DNA of 28,476 nt from an uncultured Bacilli bacterium (GCA_947626095.1 CANQQV010000018.1:1-28476), one strand, 5' to 3'. Numbered from the stretch's first letter, positions 1 to 9,640 are shown. The notes: a model not told the origin generated them from the sequence alone. Numbers and translations are program-made.

Positions 1-38
1 TAAAGCAACCTTACAAATAAATTATATAATATATTTTT

Positions 39-74
39 TAAAAAGAAAAGAGCTATTGACTTTGTCAACGCTCT
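39..74 (-). terminator. Intrinsic terminator downstream of 104..1534
   Basis: Minus-strand hairpin AGAGCGTTGAC-AAA-GTCAATAGCTCT (49-74, imperfect) followed by TTTCTTTTT. Confidence 0.75.
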
Positions 75-103
75 GAACTATTTAAATATTTATTTAAATA
101 GTT

Positions 104-1534
104 TTATTCTTCTTCTAAATCTACAGCTTTAACCTGTAATAAGTACACATCTTTATTATTTTTAATATAGAAATAACACTTTTCCCCTTTTACTACTTCA
201 CAATATATGATAGGTAATTCCAAATTATCATATATATCTAATAACTCATCAAAATTTTTAATTTTTATAACATCATATTTTTTTAAATCAATAACTGTTG
301 TACTTTCAGCTATCACTTTATCATATTTATTTAACAATTTACTTACATATTTATCATATACACTTTTCTTATCTTTTAATAAAATAATTAAATTATAAAT
401 CTTTAATGCAAAATAAATAGCTAAAACCCCAAATATACCAGCAATACAAATTATATCTCTTTTTGTATTTATAAAACCAATTCTATCTATCTGTCCTTTT
501 TTAGCTAAATCATTAGCTGTTATCTTAGCTAAAACCATATCTGAAGATAAAGGAATTAAAACACCTACTCTATCTGTTTCATTTAAAACATAATTTCTTT
601 CTTTCTTATCATTTTCTTTAAATACTTCTAAATAAATATTTAAGTAATTCTTAGTTTCTTCACCTAATTGGCTACTATAACTATAAGCAATACTTTGATA
701 ATATCCATAATCTATATCTTTAATTGTTTCATTTATTACAATATTATTATCATTATTTATCTTTAATCCTTGTTTACTAGCTAAAATAAAGCGATCAGAA
801 TATAATTCTTTTTCTTCTTTTATATCTTTAATAACAATCTCTGCAACAACATTATATTTAAAGTTAATATTAGTTTTTCTATTTATTAGAAAGTCATATT
901 CAAAATTAACATCTATTTTATCTAATAAATCAGTAAAATAAGCATCTCTACTATCTTCTAACTCTTTTCTATCCATCATAGTATTATCTTTTAAATATAA
1001 TTTATAATTAACATATCCATTATTATCATAACTTATCTCTTGATTATCTTCATAAGTTAAAAATGAATAATATAATATGCCAACTATTACTAACGATAAA
1101 ACCATTAATATTAATAGTACAATAATTCTTGATTCAAAACTAAAATAATGTTTTTTCCCAATATCAATCATTATTCTTTTATTAGTATCCACTGGTTCCT
1201 CTTTCTCCATTTTTTCATAAGAAACTATATTATCTAAATCAAGAATATTAACTTTAGTATCATCTAAATTATTATATTTTGTTTTTTCCTCTGCATCGTC
1301 AATAGCATTATAAGAATCTGTTCTTCTAATTGTCGTTGTATCTTCAATTTTCTCATCTTCTATTACCATTTCTCTTTTAGAAAAATCTTCTGTAAAAGGA
1401 TTTATTCCATCAAATAAATCCGGACTTGTACTTACATCCTGTTTTTCCTTTTTATTATTGTAATACTTTTTATAATTATTTGTTCTTTGTTTTCTTTTAT
1501 TTAGTGATCTTCTTTGCTTTTCCAACTCTATCAC
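104..1534 (-). CDS. DUF5305-like membrane protein with long charged N-terminal extension
   Basis: 476-aa ORF, GTG start after AAAAGG; two TM segments (IIVLLILMVLSLVIVGILYY; IICIAGIFGVLAIYFAL) flank a beta-rich domain; C-terminal KLLNKYDKVI..IKNFDELLDIYDNLELPIIY resembles DUF5305. Confidence 0.65.
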   Translation of the reverse strand: MIELEKQRRSLNKRKQRTNNYKKYYNNKKEKQDVSTSPDLFDGINPFTEDFSKREMVIEDEKIEDTTTIRRTDSYNAIDDAEEKTKYNNLDDTKVNILDLDNIVSYEKMEKEEPVDTNKRIMIDIGKKHYFSFESRIIVLLILMVLSLVIVGILYYSFLTYEDNQEISYDNNGYVNYKLYLKDNTMMDRKELEDSRDAYFTDLLDKIDVNFEYDFLINRKTNINFKYNVVAEIVIKDIKEEKELYSDRFILASKQGLKINNDNNIVINETIKDIDYGYYQSIAYSYSSQLGEETKNYLNIYLEVFKENDKKERNYVLNETDRVGVLIPLSSDMVLAKITANDLAKKGQIDRIGFINTKRDIICIAGIFGVLAIYFALKIYNLIILLKDKKSVYDKYVSKLLNKYDKVIAESTTVIDLKKYDVIKIKNFDELLDIYDNLELPIIYCEVVKGEKCYFYIKNNKDVYLLQVKAVDLEEE

Positions 1535-1551
1535 CCTTTTATTCTTCTATA

Positions 1552-1580
1552 ATTATACCCAAAACCCGTATTCTTTTCAA
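1552..1580 (-). promoter_or_regulatory. Sigma-A promoter
   Basis: TTGAAA (1575-1580) - 17 nt - TATAAT (1552-1557) on the minus strand, just upstream of the 1534 start. Confidence 0.7.
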
Positions 1581-1591
1581 CAATCTACCAT

Positions 1592-1624
1592 AAAAAAAGG
1601 ATTATTCTATATAAGAAAATCCTT
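1592..1624 (-). terminator. Intrinsic terminator overlapping the stop of 1602..2840
   Basis: AAGGATT-A-TTCT/AGAA-AATCCTT bulged stem (1597-1624) with adjacent A-tract (U-tract on minus). Confidence 0.65.
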
Positions 1625-2840
1625 CTCTCGTTAAATAGTTTTCTATATCTGATAACTTAGAATAATTACTTCCAACAAAGCTTAAATTTGTTTCTGTGAA
1701 AATAATCTTCATATTAGCATTATCAAATGTATAATTAACTTCACCAGCAAATGTTTGTTGATCTTTTTCATATTTATTTTTATCTTGATATTTATGTTCT
1801 ATTACATGTGTTCCATTAATTAATATCGAATCTCTTTGATTCTTTAAGAATCTTAAATCATATGTTTCAAGTACTTCATATCCTAATGAATTATCATACA
1901 TAACTTCTTTGCGATATGTTCTTAAATTACCTTCAATTTCAATAATTAAACTAGCCTGCTTAGTTGTTCTATTATTAAACGCATCACTAGCTACTATATA
2001 CACTACATATGATCCTGGAGATGTATACTTAGTTGTTGTTGCACTATCCTGAAAAGAATAATTACATCCGCTAGGATCACTACAGCTTTCTACAAATGAT
2101 GCTGCTGAATAGCTAGATCCATCAGGAATAATTAACTCTCTAACTTCCAATTTAGGTGCTGTTGTATCTTGAATAACAATTCTTCCTTTTTTTTCTATTT
2201 TATTATAAGTAACCGTAAACTCATATGTTCCAGGTACTGACTCATTAACTTGTGATAAGTCTAAAGCATATTTTAATTCATCAACATCTTTACCAATTCC
2301 TGGTGTAACATATGCTGAAGTTCTAATTGGCAATTTATCTCCTAATTCAATTGTTAAATTAATTGGTTCGAAATCTTCTGCAGTCTTATGATTAAATATA
2401 TAATATCCAAATCCTGCTAAAGCAATAATTATAATAAGTGCAGCTAAAGCTGTACTATTTTGAATCTTTTGGGCAGTAATACTTGTTTTTTTCTTCTTCT
2501 TTTTACCTATAGATTTTCTTTTCTGAGCTTCTATTTTTCTTTGCTCTATATCAATCTGTTCTGGCATAACAGCTTCATTATTGACATTTGTTACACCTTC
2601 ACTATTTATTGTTCCAAGTAAAACAGCTCCATCACCTTTTAATTCATCATCTCTACTAATTAATTCTAATGAATTAGCATTATTACTTTCTTCTTCAAAT
2701 TTAGGAATTATAGCTGACAAATCTCTTTTCTTTTCTGTTTCTTCTTCTATTTCTTCAATTACTGGAGCTATTGTTGTGGATTCGCTATTAACTTCTGCTG
2801 CATTTGTTTTATTATTTATATTCTTATTTTTTTCATCCAT
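1602..2840 (-). CDS. Single-pass membrane protein with tandem Ig-like (HYR/DUF5011-like) extracellular domains
   Basis: 412 aa; GAGGAG RBS; acidic N-terminus, poly-Lys, TM (ALAALIIIIALAGFGYYIF), then two Ig-like repeats (LTIELG..PGTYEFTVTY..IVIQDTTAPKL; PGSYVVYIVASDAFNN). Confidence 0.7.
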   Translation of the reverse strand: MDEKNKNINNKTNAAEVNSESTTIAPVIEEIEEETEKKRDLSAIIPKFEEESNNANSLELISRDDELKGDGAVLLGTINSEGVTNVNNEAVMPEQIDIEQRKIEAQKRKSIGKKKKKKTSITAQKIQNSTALAALIIIIALAGFGYYIFNHKTAEDFEPINLTIELGDKLPIRTSAYVTPGIGKDVDELKYALDLSQVNESVPGTYEFTVTYNKIEKKGRIVIQDTTAPKLEVRELIIPDGSSYSAASFVESCSDPSGCNYSFQDSATTTKYTSPGSYVVYIVASDAFNNRTTKQASLIIEIEGNLRTYRKEVMYDNSLGYEVLETYDLRFLKNQRDSILINGTHVIEHKYQDKNKYEKDQQTFAGEVNYTFDNANMKIIFTETNLSFVGSNYSKLSDIENYLTREGFSYIE

Positions 2841-2906
2841 TACAAAAACTCCTCTCTTTATTCTTACCTATTATAAATATACACTTTTTTTCATTTTTTT
2901 TCAATA

Positions 2907-2932
2907 TAAAAGCACCTTTAAACAGGTGCTTT
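2907..2932 (-). terminator. Intrinsic terminator after the 1010-aa gene
   Basis: AAAGCACCT-TTAAAC-AGGTGCTTT perfect 9-bp inverted repeat (2909-2932), 3 nt past the stop. Confidence 0.75.
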
Positions 2933-2935
2933 AAC

Positions 2936-5900
2936 TTATCTTGCTCTTCCTTTACCACTATCTGGTAAATTTGCTAAATCATATTCATATAAGACGCCAT
3001 CATCATTACGAATTTCTATCTTATAATCATCTGGATCTATTTCTTCTTTAGTTTTAAATGCTAATTCAGATTCTACCAAAGTATCATCATCAGCAATTCC
3101 TAATTGTGCCGTCTTTCTAACACGATAATTCTTCTTGTTAACTAATGCCAAACGAGCTTTTACTTCTTGTAACTTCTTAGCTAAATCTCTACTATATTTT
3201 ATCTTAATACCATTCTTAATTACAGATAATGTTAAGGTATCAACATCTGTAAGAATTTCACTATGTTTTCTATTTACCTTAGAAAGTTTCTTTGGATTAA
3301 AACTCATTTGTTTATTAGTTACAACAACTTCACCCTCTGATTGCTCAGTAGTTTTTTCTTTATCACTACTCTTACTTTCAGTTTCTTCAGGAACAGGTTC
3401 TTGTGATTTACTCTTCTGTAGTTGAGCTCTTAAGTTCTTTTTAAATTCACGACGTTTTTCTAACATCTCAACAATATTTATATCAGCTTTTTCACATTCA
3501 TTAATTAAGAAACGTCCAACAACTGAATTTTGACAATCAATAAATTCTAATAATAAACCTATTTGTGCTGTTATTTCTTCAGTTTTTACTGAGCTATCTC
3601 TTTTTTCTAATAACTCACTAATCTTCGCTTCTGCTTCAACAATCAATGAATCATGTTTTTCAACAAATAATTGATAGTTAACAGGGAATTTAATTTTTTC
3701 AAACTTCATATTTTTGATAGTTTGATTAGAGAACAACAACTTTTTATATTTATTAGTATACTCTGCTCTCTTTGTTGATAATTCTGTTTTTAATGATAGA
3801 ATCTCAAAGTCTAAATCCTTAGCCAATTTTTCTAACTGAATACTATTTCTAATGAAATCTTCAGTTAAACGTACTTGATCAGCAAATGGATATGATCTAC
3901 TATTAATATCATTCAAATTCTGAATTTTCAAATTAATAATATTCATTAACTCTATATAAGATTGTTCATCTCTAATACGTTCTTCTTCACTTCCAACTGG
4001 AGTAGGTTCACTAGTAGTTGGATTAGGTTGCTCAGAACCATTATTTCCAGGAACTGGATTAACTGGTGGTTCCTCTTTTTTAGGAGGAGCTGGTGGTTCT
4101 TCACTCTTACGAGCATTCTTAGCTTTTAATGCTTCATTAGTTAATACTTCCATTGCAAATGGTTGTAATAAAGGACAATTATAATCAAAAGCTATCTTCT
4201 CAGACAATTCATCATATATCATCTTAACGCCATATTCTTTACATTCATCACCATTAACATAAGTTAAAAGGTTAGAAATCAATTGGCGAACTTCATTATA
4301 TTTAGCATCAGCTTCTGGAGTACCAAATTCTAATTTTTTTAATTCAGTTATACCATTTCTAATATAAGTAAACTTAGGAGCTAAATCATTTTGAACAAAT
4401 TTAACAACAGCTAAATCTTTCTTATTATATTTACGTTCTAATTCGGAAGATACCTCTAAAGTCTTACGATTAATAAAATCAACGGCTTTATCTGAATCGA
4501 TTCCCAATTCTTCTAATTTTACTTTATATTCCTGACCTTTAGCTTTAATAAGTTCATCAATTTGACTTAAATCAAATTTTTCCATCTTACTAATAAGCTC
4601 TAGACCAACAGTCATATTATCACTATAAATTATTTTAATATCTCTAGCATAATCAGCTAAAACATCATTAATTTCGTTTGCCATATAATCTTGATATTTA
4701 TTTACATCAAATACTGGCTTAGAATAATTAATACCTAGCTCCGGTATCTTAATACTAAAATTATACTTATCATCAAAATTAACAGTAGCACCATGGGCGA
4801 TTAAAACAGGATTTCTCGCCATATCAGCAACAACAGCTTCTACATTAAATAAAGATCTTTTAAATTCATCATTGCTAAAATCTATATTATATAAAGGATC
4901 AATTGCATAATGAATAGCTGCAATTACACCTCTATCTCCAACTAAAGCTTTAACTAAATCATTAGAAACATTAGGGAAATATCCACCTTCTTTTTTAACA
5001 ATATCTTGAGCAATTGTATATTTTTCATCTTCACTTAAAGATGGATAACTTGCAACAATATTTCTTAATTTTTCATTAACTTCTCGTAAATCATCATTTA
5101 TTGTAAAATCAAGTAATTTTAGTTTACTCATTAATTTAGATTGTGAACTAATTAATAACTCTCTTACGTCATTACTTAATTTTACTTTATCATCTTCTTT
5201 GGCTTTACGATTAGATGAAATTTGTTTATCTACTTCAGCTTTAATAGGTTCAAAACTAAGTGGATTTTCCATTAAGTTAGGTAAAAGTTCAATTAAGCCA
5301 TTCAAACTATCAAGTTTAGCTTTTATAAAGTTTTTCTTATTATCTGGAGCTGTAACTAATTCCTTTTGTAAACGGTCTACTTCAATCGCAATTAATTCAT
5401 ATCTACTTCTAATTTCTTCTTTGGTACAAATAGCCACATGATCATAAGTATAAGGACCATAGTTATCGTTATATTCTTTTATTCTAAGTGTTAAATCAGT
5501 TTGTTTTCTAACAAAATCATTCAAACCTTTAATTGCATCATTAGTAAATATATCAATATCAGAAGCTTCTTTAGTAATAACATTTTTAAATTTATCTATA
5601 CTAACTAATTCTCTAGCAGGGCCAACTAAAGCTTTTAATTCTTCAATTATCTTTTCTATTTGTACTGCTAAAGCTTCAGCTTTTTTCTCTTTTTGAACTT
5701 CTACAATAAGTTTTTTAAATCTTTCAACAAAAACACGATATTTTTCATCAAATAATGCATATCTTTCAAAAGCCACAGTCGTAGATTCTAAAGCATTAGA
5801 TTCCATTAAGCCTTCTATTAAAGCTTTAATTTTATCATCATCATCAAGCTTAGAAATATCAATTTTTTCACGAAAATTTAATTTTCTTTTACCCTTTTTC

Positions 5901-5968
5901 ATTGAATCTTTCACCTCTGAGCCTACACCACTAACTACGGCTTCCTTTCTACGAAATCTATCAAACAT
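2936..5968 (-). CDS. Large hypothetical helical/coiled-coil protein with Pro-rich linker
   Basis: 1010-aa ORF with AAAGGGGA RBS; K/E-rich helical composition; PPAPPKKEEPPVNPVPG linker; no TM or signal peptide; ends SGKGRAR. Confidence 0.8.
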   Translation of the reverse strand: MFDRFRRKEAVVSGVGSEVKDSMKKGKRKLNFREKIDISKLDDDDKIKALIEGLMESNALESTTVAFERYALFDEKYRVFVERFKKLIVEVQKEKKAEALAVQIEKIIEELKALVGPARELVSIDKFKNVITKEASDIDIFTNDAIKGLNDFVRKQTDLTLRIKEYNDNYGPYTYDHVAICTKEEIRSRYELIAIEVDRLQKELVTAPDNKKNFIKAKLDSLNGLIELLPNLMENPLSFEPIKAEVDKQISSNRKAKEDDKVKLSNDVRELLISSQSKLMSKLKLLDFTINDDLREVNEKLRNIVASYPSLSEDEKYTIAQDIVKKEGGYFPNVSNDLVKALVGDRGVIAAIHYAIDPLYNIDFSNDEFKRSLFNVEAVVADMARNPVLIAHGATVNFDDKYNFSIKIPELGINYSKPVFDVNKYQDYMANEINDVLADYARDIKIIYSDNMTVGLELISKMEKFDLSQIDELIKAKGQEYKVKLEELGIDSDKAVDFINRKTLEVSSELERKYNKKDLAVVKFVQNDLAPKFTYIRNGITELKKLEFGTPEADAKYNEVRQLISNLLTYVNGDECKEYGVKMIYDELSEKIAFDYNCPLLQPFAMEVLTNEALKAKNARKSEEPPAPPKKEEPPVNPVPGNNGSEQPNPTTSEPTPVGSEEERIRDEQSYIELMNIINLKIQNLNDINSRSYPFADQVRLTEDFIRNSIQLEKLAKDLDFEILSLKTELSTKRAEYTNKYKKLLFSNQTIKNMKFEKIKFPVNYQLFVEKHDSLIVEAEAKISELLEKRDSSVKTEEITAQIGLLLEFIDCQNSVVGRFLINECEKADINIVEMLEKRREFKKNLRAQLQKSKSQEPVPEETESKSSDKEKTTEQSEGEVVVTNKQMSFNPKKLSKVNRKHSEILTDVDTLTLSVIKNGIKIKYSRDLAKKLQEVKARLALVNKKNYRVRKTAQLGIADDDTLVESELAFKTKEEIDPDDYKIEIRNDDGVLYEYDLANLPDSGKGRAR

Positions 5969-5985
5969 ATAACTTACATCCCCCT

Positions 5986-6237
5986 TTATGCTACAAGACT
6001 TTTAATAAAGTTAGATATTTTCTCTTTATCAATTGGATTATTTATATCAATAAGTTGATCATATCCTTCTTGATCCTTAGTAACATATGAAGCTAATATA
6101 TCAAATGTCCCATTTTTATTATCAAGTGAATAAACAGCATATTCCTTACCATCAATTTCTACAACAGATAGAATCTCAGCATCCATTATTTCTCCTGTCT
6201 CTACTTCGACTTGAAACTTTTGACCTTTTCCTTCCAT
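5986..6237 (-). CDS. DUF1292 family protein
   Basis: 83-aa acidic ORF; GGAGGGGA RBS; E.EILSVVEIDGKEYAVYS..L.DI...E.EKI pattern typical of DUF1292. Confidence 0.75.
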   Translation of the reverse strand: MEGKGQKFQVEVETGEIMDAEILSVVEIDGKEYAVYSLDNKNGTFDILASYVTKDQEGYDQLIDINNPIDKEKISNFIKSLVA

Positions 6238-6272
6238 GAGTAATCCCCTCCGTTTTCTTTATATCTCTTTTA

Positions 6273-6282
6273 ATTATAACAT
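6273..6282 (-). promoter_or_regulatory. Extended -10 promoter for DUF1292 and the 1010-aa gene
   Basis: ATGTTATAAT (TG-n-TATAAT) on the minus strand. Confidence 0.6.
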
Positions 6283-6294
6283 AAATATTTATAA

Positions 6295-6876
6295 TTATCT
6301 ATCATCTTTATTATAAACTATTCTAATTTTTGCTAAATGACTATATTTTAAAACTTGTTCCTTTAAATCATCCTGTTCAAACAAGTATAATTCGCCAAAT
6401 TCCCATACACTAAACGAAGCAATAAATGATATAATTTCTCTCATAAAACTAAAGAAATTATAGTTCATATTCAACGCCAACAAAGCAAAGCCAATAATTC
6501 CCATTATTAAAAAGAAAAAACTTTTTCTTCTTAATGCTTTAAGTTCCATTTCTTTATTTATCTTCATTAAACTAAAATGATTTTTTAATAACTTTCTAAG
6601 TAATATTCTTTCTTCAGAACTAATCTTCTTGCTATGAATCTCTAATACAAGTGGATAATCTAGAGGTATATAAGAAGCATAATTTTCTATAAAAGACAAA
6701 AAATCATCTTTTAAAATAGGATTAACACTTAAAGAATAAGTAGATATAATGCTCTTAAAATCATCTAATTTCAAATCAATATAAGCTTCATCATCATTTA
6801 ATTTTAATTCATTAACTTTCTTAAAATTTTCAAACTTCGCTTTTTGATATCTCTTTAACTTATCTTTTGAAGACAT
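6295..6876 (-). CDS. Hypothetical membrane protein (two C-terminal TM helices)
   Basis: 193-aa ORF; AGGTGGA RBS; TMs FFFLIMGIIGFALLAL and IISFIASFSVW. Confidence 0.75.
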   Translation of the reverse strand: MSSKDKLKRYQKAKFENFKKVNELKLNDDEAYIDLKLDDFKSIISTYSLSVNPILKDDFLSFIENYASYIPLDYPLVLEIHSKKISSEERILLRKLLKNHFSLMKINKEMELKALRRKSFFFLIMGIIGFALLALNMNYNFFSFMREIISFIASFSVWEFGELYLFEQDDLKEQVLKYSHLAKIRIVYNKDDR

Positions 6877-6890
6877 AATCCACCTACTAT

Positions 6891-7163
6891 CTATTTATTA
6901 GTATTTTGATAATAATTAGTTTCTGCTAACTGCTCTGCTAAATAACCAAGATCGCTATCTTCATCATAATCTTCTTGTTCAATCATATAAAGTAATTCTG
7001 ACATACTACCACATTTACTTGGATCAATATTATATCTTTCTAAAGTACTAACTTGATTATCTGTAAGTAATAAACCATTATTTCTTACCTTTAAAAAATT
7101 ACGATCAGGATCCTTAAGTCCTACTAATTCTTCAATTTCATCATTAGTTAATTCATGAGCCAT
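6891..7163 (-). CDS. Hypothetical acidic protein
   Basis: 90-aa ORF starting 3 nt after the upstream stop, with AAAGGAG RBS inside the MazG-like gene end. Confidence 0.75.
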   Translation of the reverse strand: MAHELTNDEIEELVGLKDPDRNFLKVRNNGLLLTDNQVSTLERYNIDPSKCGSMSELLYMIEQEDYDEDSDLGYLAEQLAETNYYQNTNK

Positions 7164-7166
7164 AAT

Positions 7167-7472
7167 CTATTCTCCTTTTTTTACTAAAACACCTTTATCA
7201 TTTTTCACATAAACTCTTTTATTATTCTTATCTATTTTCTTTAAAACAGCTTCTTCTAAATTAATATGTAATATTTCAGCTAATCCCATCGTAAAAATCA
7301 TAATATCAGCTAATTCTTCATTCAAATCTTCTTTTCTTTTACGATAAGCATCAAAAGCTTCAGCTACTTCCCCATACAAATAACAAAACTCTTGATTAAC
7401 ATCGGTTACATTAAACCCTTTATTAAGTTTATTTTGATATACTTCTTTTTGTTTAGCTACTAAATCTATCAT
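7167..7472 (-). CDS. MazG-like nucleotide pyrophosphohydrolase (all-alpha NTP-PPase)
   Basis: 101 aa; GEVAE (ExxE) and EELAD (ExxD) metal-binding motifs; KIDKNNKR C-terminal motif; GAGGAG RBS. Confidence 0.85.
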   Translation of the reverse strand: MIDLVAKQKEVYQNKLNKGFNVTDVNQEFCYLYGEVAEAFDAYRKRKEDLNEELADIMIFTMGLAEILHINLEEAVLKKIDKNNKRVYVKNDKGVLVKKGE

Positions 7473-7542
7473 GTCAAAAACTCCTCTTTTACCTTTTATA
7501 CCATTCTAACTAAGTATACCATACAATATTAAATATTTATGT

Positions 7543-7567
7543 AAAAAAGCAAGTATTTTACTTGCTT
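7543..7567 (-). terminator. Intrinsic terminator after the YnbB-family gene
   Basis: AAGCAAGTA-TTT-TACTTGCTT (7547-7567) plus A-tract. Confidence 0.75.
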
Positions 7568-7572
7568 CTTGA

Positions 7573-8817
7573 CTATTTTTTAAGTCCTTCTATCGCTCTA
7601 GCTACTCCCAAGCGTCCATATTCATAAGTAAGACCACCTTGTTGATAAGCAATATAAGGTTCTCTAATCGGTCCATCACAACTAAGTTCAATAGATGATC
7701 CTTGCGTAAATGCCCCTGCCGCCATAATAACTTGATCCTCATAACCAGGCATATCCCAAGGCATCGGTACAGCCTTAGAATCAATTGGTGAACCCATTTG
7801 AATACCTTGAACATACTTAATTAATTTATCTTTATCATTAAATATTATATTTTGTACGATATCTGCTCTATCTTCATCATACTTAGGTTCTACATTATAT
7901 CCTAAATCTTCTAAACATTTACTTGCTAAAATAGCTGTTTTTAAACTACTAGCTACTACTGAAGGAGCCATAAATAACCCTTGTAATAAACTCTTATTAA
8001 TACCCAAAGTAGGTCCTACTTCTCTACCTTCTCCTGGACAAGTAAGTCTTTCACCCGCTAAATCAACTAAGTCTTTTTTACCAGCTATATAAGCCCCATT
8101 AGGAGCAATTCCTCCCCCTAAGTTTTTAATTAAAGATCCAACCATTACATCAGCTCCAACTGTTAAAGGCGTTTTACTTTCCACAAACTCACAATAACAA
8201 TTATCAACCATTATAATAACATCTTTATCTATTTCACGAATAACCTTAATAACTTTTTCTAACTTATCGATAGTTAAACTTTTTCTCGTTGAATAGCCTT
8301 TACTTCTTTGAATCTCTATTAATTTAACTTTATTCTTCTTTAAATAAGCTTTAATCTTTTCATAATCAAAATCATCATCTACTAAATCAATCTGTTCATA
8401 TTTAACCCCAAAAGAAGCTAAACTACTATTATTTGGTACAATACCTATTACTTCATGTAACGTATCATAAGGTAAACCAGATATTGATAACATAACATCA
8501 TTAGGACGAAGATAAGCAAATAAAGCAACCGTTAAAGCATGAGTCCCCGAAATAAATTGACTTCTAACTATGGCATCTTCTCCATCTAAGACATAAGCAA
8601 AAATCTTTTCAATATTATCTCTTCCTAAGTCATTATAACCATAACCAGTCGTACTATTAAAATAACTTTCTGATACTTCATACTTTTGAAAACCAGCTAA
8701 TACTTTCATTGAATTATCTTTAGCTTGTCTATCTATTTTACCAAATATATCTTTTAACTTACTTTCTTCCTCTTCAATAAAATCTAAAGTTTCTTTACTT
8801 ATATTTAATTCATCCAT
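7573..8817 (-). CDS. YnbB / methionine gamma-lyase-like PLP-dependent enzyme
   Basis: TGYGYNDLGRD, SGTHAL, PYDTL, IQRSKGY, VDNCY, GSLIKNLGG (PLP Lys) and IMAAGAFTQGSSIELSCDGP motifs. Start placed at ATG 8817 (GGAGG 9 nt upstream; TAATG overlap with the SDR stop); the ORF track gives 8823. Confidence 0.88.
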   Translation of the reverse strand: MDELNISKETLDFIEEEESKLKDIFGKIDRQAKDNSMKVLAGFQKYEVSESYFNSTTGYGYNDLGRDNIEKIFAYVLDGEDAIVRSQFISGTHALTVALFAYLRPNDVMLSISGLPYDTLHEVIGIVPNNSSLASFGVKYEQIDLVDDDFDYEKIKAYLKKNKVKLIEIQRSKGYSTRKSLTIDKLEKVIKVIREIDKDVIIMVDNCYCEFVESKTPLTVGADVMVGSLIKNLGGGIAPNGAYIAGKKDLVDLAGERLTCPGEGREVGPTLGINKSLLQGLFMAPSVVASSLKTAILASKCLEDLGYNVEPKYDEDRADIVQNIIFNDKDKLIKYVQGIQMGSPIDSKAVPMPWDMPGYEDQVIMAAGAFTQGSSIELSCDGPIREPYIAYQQGGLTYEYGRLGVARAIEGLKK

Positions 8818-9563
8818 TAACATCTACCTCCATCAATCTTTATAATCGCATCATTTACATACGTAGCTTCTACCCCAATATAATAAATAAATTCAGCAAC
8901 TTCATTAGGTTCTGCAAATCTCCCAAGTAATATATGTTTACATTCATCATTTATATAATCTTCCCCTAATTCTTTATTCATCTCTGTATTCACCCAACCT
9001 GGTGCTATACTATTAACTCTTATATTAGGCGCATATAAATTAGCAAAATTATGCGTTAAAGAAATAACGCCGGCTTTAGATGCATCATAATCCATACTAT
9101 AGGCATAATAAGAATCTATGCCATTAGTTGAAGATATATTAACTATTGACCCATATCCTTGTTTATTCATTACTTCTCCAACATACTTACACATTAAAAA
9201 ACAACCAATTAAATTAACATCAATAATCTTTCTAAAATTATCAACTGTCTTATCTTCTAACGTCGTATCAATAGCAATTCCCGCATTATTAACTAAGACA
9301 TCAATATGACCTAATTCCCTTTTTGTTACTTCAACTAACTTCTTAACTTCTTCTTCCTTACTTACATCAGCTTTAACAACTAAAGCCTTAACCCCATACT
9401 TAGCTTCTATCCTACTCTTTAAATCTAAAGCTTCATTCTCACTATTTAAATAATTAATTACCACATTATAATTATTCTTTGCAAATACTTCTATCGTAGC
9501 TGCGCCAATTCCTCTACTACTACCCGTTACTAAAGCAACCTTTTTACCATAACTATCACTCAT
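8817..9563 (-). CDS. Short-chain dehydrogenase/reductase (FabG-like)
   Basis: TGSSRGIG, NNAG, catalytic S..YDASK, IRVNSIAPG and DGG motifs. Confidence 0.9.
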   Translation of the reverse strand: MSDSYGKKVALVTGSSRGIGAATIEVFAKNNYNVVINYLNSENEALDLKSRIEAKYGVKALVVKADVSKEEEVKKLVEVTKRELGHIDVLVNNAGIAIDTTLEDKTVDNFRKIIDVNLIGCFLMCKYVGEVMNKQGYGSIVNISSTNGIDSYYAYSMDYDASKAGVISLTHNFANLYAPNIRVNSIAPGWVNTEMNKELGEDYINDECKHILLGRFAEPNEVAEFIYYIGVEATYVNDAIIKIDGGRC

Positions 9564-9588
9564 ATTTATCCCCGTTTCTTTATCGAAT

Positions 9589-9625
9589 TTATTATAACAT
9601 AATAGCCTATTTAATGTTATAATAA
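9589..9625. promoter_or_regulatory. Back-to-back divergent extended -10 promoters forming a 12-bp inverted repeat
   Basis: TTATTATAACAT (9589-9600) / ATGTTATAATAA (9614-9625); each arm contains TGTTATAAT pointing outward. Confidence 0.7.
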
Positions 9626-9640
9626 TTGCAGGTGATTGGA

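Noticed and set aside
8817-9563. Assigning the symbol fabG
   Set aside because: The motifs are generic SDR motifs and there are no fab neighbours; the substrate cannot be inferred
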